From Chthoniobacteraceae bacterium (lineage in GTDB: Bacteria; Verrucomicrobiota; Verrucomicrobiia; Chthoniobacterales; Chthoniobacteraceae), in the NCBI GenBank assembly GCA_035997375.1, contig DASYIS010000422.1, positions 1,380 through 65,379 on the forward strand: a DNA stretch of 64,000 nucleotides. Direction: 5' to 3'. The position numbers and the translations under genes were made by a program. Below, piece after piece: positions 43,570-51,236 of this stretch. The notes beneath the pieces were generated by a model. It saw nothing but the letters and a program-made list of their open reading frames with translations, ran no database searches and was not told where the DNA came from. Each line of letters begins with the position of its first letter. Positions within the stretch are counted from its first letter, which is position 1.

Positions 43570-44211
43570 TTACCAGTGGATTACCTGGGCACGCGGGATG
43601 CGCGTGAAGGTGTTGTCGAGGCCGCGGACGTGGATCGCGACCATGCAGTGGTTGTTGTCGAGCTCGATACCGTCGACGATGAACGGGTTGCTCTCGGCGG
43701 ACGGCGGCGACATGACCTCCGAGGCGTCGAAAAGCTGGATGCACGGGGCGTCTTCCCAGCGCGGATTCGGTACGATGGCGGCGAGGAATTCGCCCTGCTT
43801 CACGCGGGCCTGGGGCGCGAAGGTCTGGATCTCGTAGCCGTTGCGCCGGCCGGCGAGGTCGCAACGATCGGGCGCGAGCATGTAGCACTCAACGTCGGCC
43901 TCGGCCTCGGCGTTCCAGGCTTCATCGTCGGTATTGAGCGCGAGATAGATCCCCTTCCCCACGACGTAACGGGCGATGCCGCGGACGGCTTCCTTGACGA
44001 TGCCGAAGTTCTGGAAGAGCCACTCGACGCGGAAGTTGATCTGCTGCCGCGTCCAGGACGGGAGATACTGCCGGGTGTCCGCGTTTGGAAAATAGAAGAT
44101 CGACTGGCGATCGGGCGTGTTGCTGACGGCCTCGGCGAAGGGGCCCCACGCGTTGACGAAGCCGAGCATGGCGCCGGCGGCGGCGCTTTTGAGCGTCTGA
44201 AGGAACTTCAT
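43570..44211 (-). CDS. Portal protein (lambda gpB family), N-terminal 213 codons, truncated by the nested element
   Basis: Follows the gpW-like gene as in lambda. Ends ..RIPRAQVIHW-TAA exactly at the core repeat. Normal portals are about 500-550 aa. Confidence 0.85.
   Translation of the reverse strand: MKFLQTLKSAAAGAMLGFVNAWGPFAEAVSNTPDRQSIFYFPNADTRQYLPSWTRQQINFRVEWLFQNFGIVKEAVRGIARYVVGKGIYLALNTDDEAWNAEAEADVECYMLAPDRCDLAGRRNGYEIQTFAPQARVKQGEFLAAIVPNPRWEDAPCIQLFDASEVMSPPSAESNPFIVDGIELDNNHCMVAIHVRGLDNTFTRIPRAQVIHW
43571..43578. repeat. Right att core copy TACCAGTG
   Basis: Identical to 33514-33521. It supplies the codons His-Trp and the TAA stop that truncates the portal N-fragment. Confidence 0.8.
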
Positions 44212-44215
44212 GGGA

Positions 44216-44494
44216 TCAGCAGGTGGCGCCGAGACTGGAGAAGTCGCTGTAGGTCAGGCCGACGGCGTCGCCGGCGCTGAGCCGGCGCGCCTGGTTGACC
44301 GCGGCGAGGAGCTCGGCGGCGTCCATGCGGCATTCCTGCTGGCCCGATTTGCCGTTTTGGCCGGCGAGGGTGGTGAAGGCGATCTGCCCGCCGCCGGCGA
44401 GGATCTTCGCCAGGCACTGCGCGCGGAGGTCGGTCAGATCGAGCAGCTCGTCGTCAGCGGCGTCGGCGAGGGCTTGGATGAAGGCGTCGGACAT
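44216..44494 (-). CDS. gpW-like head-tail joining protein candidate (92 aa)
   Basis: Small ORF between terL and portal, the lambda W position. The call is positional. Confidence 0.45.
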   Translation of the reverse strand: MSDAFIQALADAADDELLDLTDLRAQCLAKILAGGGQIAFTTLAGQNGKSGQQECRMDAAELLAAVNQARRLSAGDAVGLTYSDFSSLGATC

Positions 44495-44516
44495 GCCCCG
44501 GCGGCCGAGTCAACGG

Positions 44517-44783
44517 CTAGGCGAGGGCGAGCGCGCGCCGGCGGGCGGCCGCGTGGCGGTGCTCGAGCGGCGTGACCTGGCTCCAATAGCCGGGGGGCGG
44601 GGTGCGGATGAACTGGCGGTGGGGACCGGTGAGGCTGCAGCCGCCGCCGCGGGGACCGCTTTTGCGGCCGAAATCCGGCGGCGGCTGGAAGGACGGGAAT
44701 GGCGTGGAGTCGATTCCGAAGGCGGAGCTGCGTTGGCTCGCGAAGACGGCGGCGGCGAGGGCGATGAGGCGGAGGAGTTTCAT
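44517..44783 (-). CDS. Small secreted hypothetical protein (88 aa)
   Basis: Signal peptide MKLLRLIALAAAVFASQRSSA. Lies inside the packaging module, so a possible moron. Confidence 0.5.
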   Translation of the reverse strand: MKLLRLIALAAAVFASQRSSAFGIDSTPFPSFQPPPDFGRKSGPRGGGCSLTGPHRQFIRTPPPGYWSQVTPLEHRHAAARRRALALA

Positions 44784-44880
44784 ACGCCAGTTTCCGGAGT
44801 GTCAACGCGCGCACTCCGAGCGCCTGGAAAATGAGCCAGGCCGGTGATCTCCCGAAGGAAAGCCGGCCTGGTCATGGGGT

Positions 44881-45294
44881 ATGAACACCCTTGGAGGCGT
44901 GTCAATGAGGTGCTATCGATCGGCCGTGCATCATCTCACGGTAGTATTGACCGAAGGCGGTGAGATTCTACCAATCACGGTGATGGTGAGATTATACCAA
45001 TCACCGCCCCCGCAAACCGCCTCGCTGATTACCAAAGAGCTGGGCCTCGGGTGCGCGCATTGCGGAGGCGACATTGGAGAAGTCGGCTACACAAAAGACG
45101 GCCGACCGATTGAATGGATCTGCTGCTCCCCGCTGTGTTGCCTGAAATTCGACGAGCGGAATCTGACGATGGCGATCTTCCGGAACCTGAAGGTGGTCTG
45201 GGGTAAGCTCGCTGCAGGAGCCGCCACGGGAATTCCGTCTGGCGGTACCGCGGCGGCGGGAGCGCGAGGGCGAACTCGAACTGGTCGATCATGA
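44881..45294 (+). CDS. Possible Cys-rich protein on the opposite strand (137 aa) in a lower-GC 0.5-kb gap
   Basis: CAHCG..WICCSPLCC. It overlaps two 20-nt direct repeats, so the region may instead be regulatory. Confidence 0.3.
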   Translation: MNTLGGVSMRCYRSAVHHLTVVLTEGGEILPITVMVRLYQSPPPQTASLITKELGLGCAHCGGDIGEVGYTKDGRPIEWICCSPLCCLKFDERNLTMAIFRNLKVVWGKLAAGAATGIPSGGTAAAGARGRTRTGRS

Positions 45295-47496
45295 GGGCGC
45301 CGCAGTGGTGAGCTTCCGCACTCTGTCGCGGAGCGTCTCGAGTTTGCCCTCCGCCTCCGCCTCCATTTGCGCGAGCCGCTTGACGCGCTCAGCGTCGAGG
45401 ATCGGCTCGACGTCGAGGCCCTGCACTTCCTGCTCTTTCCAGCAGTCGCCCTGGTGATTCTTTTTGCGGCGTGCGACCCACATGAAGCCGCCGCCTTTCT
45501 TGGGGACGGTGTGTTCGTCGCAGAGCTGCTCGATGAACTCGGGATCGATATTGGACGGCAGCCAGCGCATCAGCTTCCGGTCTTTGATGATGCGGCGGTA
45601 AACCGTCTGGCAGAAATAATCGCTCCAAAACCACGTGAGGGTGAGCCGCTTGTCGTCGACCTCGGAAAGATAGACCACGTTGCCGCGGCAGTGGCCGCGG
45701 CTGCCGCCTTTGGCCGGCGCGAAGATGTCGCGATTATCGCGGCAGAACTGGTAGACGTCCGCCTCGCTCTGCGCCTGGTCGCCGGAGTCGACCAGGCCGG
45801 TATAGACGCGCATCGGCCGCGCGACACCGGTGGCGGGATCGTGCCAGAGATACTCGTTGAAGCGCGCCGGCGCGGCCGCAGCGGTGCGGCCGCCGGCGTG
45901 CGCGGAGAGCGGGAGGATGCCGGCGAGCTCCTGAATCTGAGTCCAGGCGACGGCGCTCCCATAATCGACCAGGACGCCGACGGTGGGCCAGCCGGGGAGA
46001 TCCCACGCGATGCCCCAGGCGAAGATGTTCCACCAGAACGGGGCCTCGCCGCCCTGCTTCTGGACGTCGACGGCCATGGTGAGCACGAATGGTTCGAAGC
46101 CGCCGGCCTTTGGCCCACTCGGGATGGTGCCGAGCAGGTACCGCGGCGAGGCATCGCGCAGGCGCTCGACGTCGGAGGCGTCGACTTCGGTGGCGACGCT
46201 CTTGAACTCGAGGCCGAAGTAATTGTTGTACAGATCGTGCATCGCGCCCGGGTCGCCCATGGCGAGCAGGTAGCGCTTGCTGATGCTGCCCCAGCGCTCG
46301 AAAGGGCTGTAGGCGGCCCACCAATGCGCGGAGACGTGAGAGCGGGAGGCCTTCGGGTTGGTGGCCATCCAGCGGAAGCGGCGGAGCATCCAATTCAACG
46401 AGGTCTGTTCGATGCGGCAGCCGTTGACGCACTGGTACCAGGTCTCTGTCTCCGCGAGATCGGAGTCCCATCCGACCTCGACGGTCTCGGGCTTGCCGTC
46501 CTCGCCGACGCGGGTCTCGGTGATGCGGGCGCCGCCGAATTGGAAAGAGCCGGTCTTGGCCAGGCGGAACTCGCCCGCCGGCAACGGCGTGAGATCTTCG
46601 GCGAACGGGACCTTCTCTTCACCGGGAAAGAAAGTGAGCGGCTGCCAGCCGGCGAGGGTGGGATCGTGCCCGGCCGGCGACCAGCCAGGCGTCGGGACCT
46701 CAGGTGGCGTGAAGGTGTGGCGCGGCCCGCGGGGTGTGGCGCGATGTTTCGCGGTGCAATGAGGGCACGGGAGGTAACACTGATGGCGGCTGCCCTTTTG
46801 ATGACGAACCGTGACGGCGCCGAATTCATCGGTCGGCGTGCTATTCTCGAAAACCTTGCTGGTCCGCGGGAAGAGTTTGACGCGGGCCTCGGCGAGCTGG
46901 TGCGCCGGCGCCTCGCCTTTCGTGGTGTGATGGATCTTGCCGGACTCGTTGATGAAGACCCACTCGGCGTTGAAGCCGGCGAGCTCGTTCGGCGATCCGG
47001 CGCCGGCCATCTTGAGGAACGCGCCGCCTTTGAAGAAACACTGCGCGGCCGTCCAATGCTCCTTGGTGCGGATCGCCTGCTCGGCGACGGGAAGGCAGGC
47101 GAGCAGGAAAGGCTCGAGCTCGCGGCGGAAGAGCTGCCGTGCGCTGGCGCGCGAGGGATCGACCCAGAGCACCGGGCCCGGCGCCTCGGCGATCTTGTAG
47201 AGCATCAACGCGAAGCAGAGGAGCGTGCCACCGGTGCGCGCGGACTTTTTCAGGGTGAAGGTCCGGACGTGCTTTTGCATCGCGAGATCCATGAGGCCTT
47301 CCATGGGCGGGACGCGCGAGGTGTCGAGCGGGCCGGGCTCGGTCGCGGCGGCGACGGCCGGGATGACGACGTGGCGATTGACCCAGACGCACGGCCGCAA
47401 TTTGGCGGGGATGCGGAAGGCGATGCCGGCGGCCGTGGCCATGATGCGCATCGTCTTGCGGACGGTGCGCTGCGCGTTGACGAGCTGCTGGATCAT
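45289..47496 (-). CDS. terL: Terminase large subunit, GpA family (735 aa)
   Basis: KKSARTGGT (Walker A-like), CYLPCPHC zinc motif, size and position upstream of W and portal as in lambda gpA. Confidence 0.9.
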   Translation of the reverse strand: MIQQLVNAQRTVRKTMRIMATAAGIAFRIPAKLRPCVWVNRHVVIPAVAAATEPGPLDTSRVPPMEGLMDLAMQKHVRTFTLKKSARTGGTLLCFALMLYKIAEAPGPVLWVDPSRASARQLFRRELEPFLLACLPVAEQAIRTKEHWTAAQCFFKGGAFLKMAGAGSPNELAGFNAEWVFINESGKIHHTTKGEAPAHQLAEARVKLFPRTSKVFENSTPTDEFGAVTVRHQKGSRHQCYLPCPHCTAKHRATPRGPRHTFTPPEVPTPGWSPAGHDPTLAGWQPLTFFPGEEKVPFAEDLTPLPAGEFRLAKTGSFQFGGARITETRVGEDGKPETVEVGWDSDLAETETWYQCVNGCRIEQTSLNWMLRRFRWMATNPKASRSHVSAHWWAAYSPFERWGSISKRYLLAMGDPGAMHDLYNNYFGLEFKSVATEVDASDVERLRDASPRYLLGTIPSGPKAGGFEPFVLTMAVDVQKQGGEAPFWWNIFAWGIAWDLPGWPTVGVLVDYGSAVAWTQIQELAGILPLSAHAGGRTAAAAPARFNEYLWHDPATGVARPMRVYTGLVDSGDQAQSEADVYQFCRDNRDIFAPAKGGSRGHCRGNVVYLSEVDDKRLTLTWFWSDYFCQTVYRRIIKDRKLMRWLPSNIDPEFIEQLCDEHTVPKKGGGFMWVARRKKNHQGDCWKEQEVQGLDVEPILDAERVKRLAQMEAEAEGKLETLRDRVRKLTTAAPS

Positions 47497-48323
47497 GGCT
47501 CGTCGTCGAGGGGCGGCGGCGGCGGCGTGGGCGAGTCGTCAGCCGGATCAGCCGGGCGCTGGGGGAGCTCTTCGCCCTCGAGGGCGGCGAAGATGAGATC
47601 GACGAGGGTGCGCAGCAGGACCTCGGCTTCGCGCTCGAGGATTTGCTCGATCTCGTCGCGATCGATGATGCCCTCGAGCTTGGCGGCCGCGCGCGGGGGG
47701 AGATTGTTGATCGCGGCGCGCAGGGCGTTGAAGGTCTGGGCGATATCGGCTTCCGCCTCAGAGCGATCGATGGTGAGGCGGTTTTGCTTCCGGATGTCCG
47801 GGGCGTCTTTCTCGAGCTTGCGCAGGGCCTCGACCACGCCCATCCATTCCTTGAAGCGGTTTTGAAGGTGCAGGGTGCTGCTGCGCGATCGGATGGCAGC
47901 GAAGTATGCGGCCGCGCGCTCGCGTTCGGCCTTCTGCAGGCGTTCAATGGCGGCGAGTACTCCGACGCCTTCGAAGAAGGTTTCATCGAGCGCGATGAGG
48001 TGCGGCTCGACGGGATCGCCGTCCCAGGTGCGCAAGCCGGCGGCGGAGGTCCTGGCGTCGTCGAAGGCGGGGCGCTCGGTGCGAGGGGGATCTGCAGGCG
48101 TGCCGGCGATGTTGCGCGTGGCTTCTTCAACCTGGGCGGAATCGAGATCCTCGGCGGGCTTGCGACCGCGCGGGGAAAAATGCTCCCCCATGGCATCGGG
48201 ATCATCGAGCGGCTTCCCCGCGGCCGCCCACCGTTTGATCGTGCGGAGGCTTTTCCCGTAGATCTTCGCGTAGTGCGCGAGCCCGTGGTGGTATTTTTTC
48301 GGCGGCTTTGGATCTCGGGGCAC
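47493..48323 (-). CDS. terS: Terminase small subunit candidate (276 aa)
   Basis: ATGA overlap with terL. N-terminal HTH LAHYAKIYGKSLRTIKRWAAAGKPLDDPDAM. Acidic C-terminus. By my reading of the printed sequence the GTG start falls at 48324 rather than the ORF-track 48323, and the two readings do not reconcile; the track coordinates are used here. Confidence 0.65.
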   Translation of the reverse strand: MPRDPKPPKKYHHGLAHYAKIYGKSLRTIKRWAAAGKPLDDPDAMGEHFSPRGRKPAEDLDSAQVEEATRNIAGTPADPPRTERPAFDDARTSAAGLRTWDGDPVEPHLIALDETFFEGVGVLAAIERLQKAERERAAAYFAAIRSRSSTLHLQNRFKEWMGVVEALRKLEKDAPDIRKQNRLTIDRSEAEADIAQTFNALRAAINNLPPRAAAKLEGIIDRDEIEQILEREAEVLLRTLVDLIFAALEGEELPQRPADPADDSPTPPPPPLDDEP

Positions 48324-48363
48324 GCCCGGTGGCCGGTGTCAAAAGTGCCAGGTGCCAAATCCA

Positions 48364-48500
48364 ATTCCGCGAATGCCGCGTGCGACAAGGCCGGGGGGGC
48401 TTGCAACCGCTCGCCTGGGGGGGGTGCCCAGGAGACTCCTTAGCCGGGGGGTGTACGCAGGCGCGGCAACGCGCGCGTAGGAGCCCCGTGGCGCGCCGTT
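48364..48500. repeat. Copy B of the shared roughly 130-bp cos-like sequence, flanked by GTGCCA/TTGGCAC repeats
   Basis: See copy A. Located immediately upstream of the helper terS. Confidence 0.7.
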
Positions 48501-49081
48501 CCAGCCGGCGCGCAATCCCCTACCCCTCCATTCTTGGCACCTACACCGGACTGTAAGGCTGAATTGTCACCGTACACATCGCGCTCGAGAAATTCACGCA
48601 GTTGCGCGAGGTCGTGCCTCGCCTCTTCCTTGTTGAGCTCCGCATGGCCCAGCTCCACCTGACGCTTGTACTTGCTGAGCTCAGTCGCCAGGCGCAGGTG
48701 ATGCCCCAGCGGCCGGATCGGCGCATCACCCTTGATCACCGGCCGCACCTTCGCCGGCACGTACCCTTGGTGGAACTTCCGCACCGACTTCTCCGACAAT
48801 TCCTCCACCTTGTTCACAAGCGGATTGGCCGTCGCCAACTCCAGGCACAGCGCGGCATTGCCGAACCCCGCGGCCAGATTCTCTTTCAGCCACAGCTCGA
48901 AATGCGGCGCACCGACGCTCGCTTTGATCGCGCGCAGCGTCTTCCCGATCTCCCAGGCGCGCGCCAGCGAGCGCGCAATCCACGCGCGCGCGTGGCGCCT
49001 CGCCTGCCTCTCCTGGCTCCCGAGCCTCAGCAGCTCTGCCTTTAAGCCTGGTACGTCTTGGCGAGTTGTGCTCTTCGACAT
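48440..49081 (-). CDS. Hypothetical protein (213 aa)
   Basis: Start chosen at MSKSTTRQD. The C-terminal tail runs into the cos-like repeat and may not be genuine. Confidence 0.5.
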   Translation of the reverse strand: MSKSTTRQDVPGLKAELLRLGSQERQARRHARAWIARSLARAWEIGKTLRAIKASVGAPHFELWLKENLAAGFGNAALCLELATANPLVNKVEELSEKSVRKFHQGYVPAKVRPVIKGDAPIRPLGHHLRLATELSKYKRQVELGHAELNKEEARHDLAQLREFLERDVYGDNSALQSGVGAKNGGVGDCAPAGTARHGAPTRALPRLRTPPG

Positions 49082-49833
49082 CTTTCGCGGTGTTCCTCGT
49101 CTCTCATGTTGCGGGAGCGCAGGCCTCCGAAAGTATCGCGCGCATCGACCACCAGTTTGTCGAATTGCTGCCTCGTCTTGTTCGTGGGCGCCGCGAGTTG
49201 CTCGAGCGTCAGCGCTCCCAGTGGGCCCAGCGCCATCACGTACGCCAGCGCCGCCACGCGCTGACCGAAGTCCGCGAGCGATTTCCCCCGCCGCATCCAC
49301 TCCAGGGCGGCGCCGTACATCTTCCCCACCGCGCCGACATTCCCGTCCCCGATCGCCTCCTCGAGCTCCTCCTCTTTCGCGTGCTCAGCCTCGTAAGCCA
49401 TTCCCCGCAAAAGCCCCGGCCTCAGGACATGCAGCATGACCGTCAGCCGCCGCCCCATTTCCGCCGGATTCGCTGCTTGCGTCGACCACAGCAGCGCCCG
49501 CGCGAAAGCGTCCTGCACCTCGGAGTACTCGTTCGCCGTCAGCTCCGGCTCGAGGCGATCGACCGGCGCATCCACCTCGCTCGCGGCCGCGGAATCGGCC
49601 GGATCGCGGAACGCCTCCGTAAACATCACGCTGCTTTCTTCCCGCGCGAAGCCACGGCGATCGCCGCCGGCGCCCTCGGGTTCCAGCCCCGGCCCGTCCA
49701 GGTTCATGGCGGCCAGCCGCGCCCGTTCTTCCGGCGGCAATGCCGCCAGCCACGTCGACCAGGCATCGGCATTCTGTCGGTCACGCCGGCGCCGGCGTTC
49801 GTCTGCGGTCTCGCTGCATCGTGAGTCGCTCAT
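49042..49833 (-). CDS. Hypothetical protein (263 aa)
   Basis: Start at MSDSRCSE. The track start at 49887 is the TTG of a TTGACA motif. Confidence 0.55.
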   Translation of the reverse strand: MSDSRCSETADERRRRRDRQNADAWSTWLAALPPEERARLAAMNLDGPGLEPEGAGGDRRGFAREESSVMFTEAFRDPADSAAASEVDAPVDRLEPELTANEYSEVQDAFARALLWSTQAANPAEMGRRLTVMLHVLRPGLLRGMAYEAEHAKEEELEEAIGDGNVGAVGKMYGAALEWMRRGKSLADFGQRVAALAYVMALGPLGALTLEQLAAPTNKTRQQFDKLVVDARDTFGGLRSRNMRDEEHRERCRRAQLAKTYQA

Positions 49834-49939
49834 GGGGTGGTTGATCTTGCCCGCGCCTCGCGCCGGCGTCCACTGGCCCCCTGTCAATCACCGGTCATAA
49901 TTCCGCCGCAATTCTATCTTTTGCGGTCGCAACCGCGGC

Positions 49940-50269
49940 TTATTTCTTGCCGTTGCAAATCCAGCGATCAAACGCCGGCGAGCTCCGCAACTTCCGCAGG
50001 CGCCCCTTTTCCCCGCGCTCGATCTTCACCGTCGGCGCGAAATTGATCTGCCCCATCTTCCGGCGAAACCGCGAGGGCGACACTCCCAGCCGCGCGCACA
50101 GTTCGCCCGGCGTCTCCCACTCTCCGGCCATCTCGACGATGTAACCCTTCGCCACCAGCAACTGCACGGCGGCGAGTTCAAGACCATCCTCAGTGGGGGC
50201 AGATAGAACGTGGGCAAGCAAGCCGCCGGCGAACCTACCACGACCGCTGTGCCGCGGCGAGCCTTGCAA
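49940..50269 (-). CDS. Small HTH-type DNA-binding protein (start uncertain)
   Basis: GELCARLGVSPSRFRRKMGQ is HTH-like. Confidence 0.45.
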   Translation of the reverse strand: MQGSPRHSGRGRFAGGLLAHVLSAPTEDGLELAAVQLLVAKGYIVEMAGEWETPGELCARLGVSPSRFRRKMGQINFAPTVKIERGEKGRLRKLRSSPAFDRWICNGKK

Positions 50270-50522
50270 AAGGGCGCCCGCTCGCTATTCCAACCGGACT
50301 GTATGAGTTGGCAGAAGGCCCGCCAAGAGGCGGAGATGTGGATAACGCAGATGAAACTGGCAAAGGTCAAAGGCGAGTACTTGGACCTGAAGCCATACGC
50401 GGGCGCCCTTGCTCACAAGGGCGCGTTCAAGAACATGGTCATACAGGCCGCGCGCCGCATCCTTCTCGCCAAGGGTGCGAAGCGCGTCGACCTGCCACCG
50501 GAGGATCCCGTGCAAGAATAGC

Positions 50523-51236
50523 CTACTTCCCCGGCGTGATGATCACCTCGCGGTATGGCTCATCGCTGTGGGTAACACCACGCTGCCGGGCCACGGCGCG
50601 GATCTCGCACCCGTCGAAGATCGCCCGGATCGCAGGCGTGTCGTTCAGCGTCACCAGCCAACTCCCCCGCAGCGTGCTGAGGCAGTCCCGTAGCCGTTGC
50701 ACGTCGGTATTGGTCCACGTGGCGTACTGCCTGGCATCGCAGTCCGTGTATGGCGAGTCCAGGAAGAAGAAGCTGTGCGGCCGATCGTACAGTTTCACGC
50801 ACCTCTCCCAGTCCAGGTTCTCAATCGACACCCGATCGAGCCGAAGGTTCAGGGCGCGGATCGCTTCCATGCGATTCGCGCGCGAGTTCAGGGCGCCGCC
50901 GCCAACGGCCGTCGAGCCGAAGCTCTCCATGTTCGCCCCGCCAAAGCAGGTGCGGTTGCGGAAGAACCAGCGCGAGGCTCGCTGCAGGTCGGTCAGCCCC
51001 ACTTGGCTCCGAAAGTCATTGAACTCATCTCGGCTGTTCAGCACGAACTCCAGCTCCGTCAAAAGCACGTCGTGGTGAAACCGCACGCAGCGGTAGAAAT
51101 TAACGAGCTCGCCGTTGAGATCGTTGACCACCTCCATCTTCGATCTCTCCTTTGCCAGGAGGACAGCCAGGCCGCCTGCGAACGGCTCGACATACGTTTC
51201 GTGCGGCGGAATGAGGGGAAGTATTTGGTCGAGCAA
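50523..51236 (-). CDS. dam: DNA adenine methyltransferase (Dam family); the true N-terminus probably extends to about 51296
   Basis: YVEPFAGGLAV (motif I) and FFFLDSPY (DPPY-type motif IV). The conserved KPAIVWPGGKRRLL lies upstream of the track TTG start. Confidence 0.85.
   Translation of the reverse strand: MLDQILPLIPPHETYVEPFAGGLAVLLAKERSKMEVVNDLNGELVNFYRCVRFHHDVLLTELEFVLNSRDEFNDFRSQVGLTDLQRASRWFFRNRTCFGGANMESFGSTAVGGGALNSRANRMEAIRALNLRLDRVSIENLDWERCVKLYDRPHSFFFLDSPYTDCDARQYATWTNTDVQRLRDCLSTLRGSWLVTLNDTPAIRAIFDGCEIRAVARQRGVTHSDEPYREVIITPGK

Larger units (their letters stand above)
33514..43578. mobile_element. Nested integrative element (about 10.06 kb) inside the portal gene; satellite-like (int, xis, TerS-like, protease-scaffold, scaffold-module protein, tape measure, cos-like region)
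   Basis: 8-bp direct repeat TACCAGTG at both junctions. The integrase is adjacent to the left junction. The portal halves join in frame when the element is removed. Confidence 0.85.

Noticed and set aside
42887-43888. 333-aa minus-strand ORF spanning the right att junction
   Set aside because: Only its last 86 codons form a plausible gene. The upstream part crosses the att core and the portal fragment in a wrong frame.
50210-50521. 103-aa + strand ORF converging on Dam
   Set aside because: It overlaps the minus-strand HTH gene 49940..50269 at its 5' end. Only the last 70 codons or so (MSWQKARQEAE..) look protein-like. Support is insufficient to call it, though a small + strand gene cannot be excluded.
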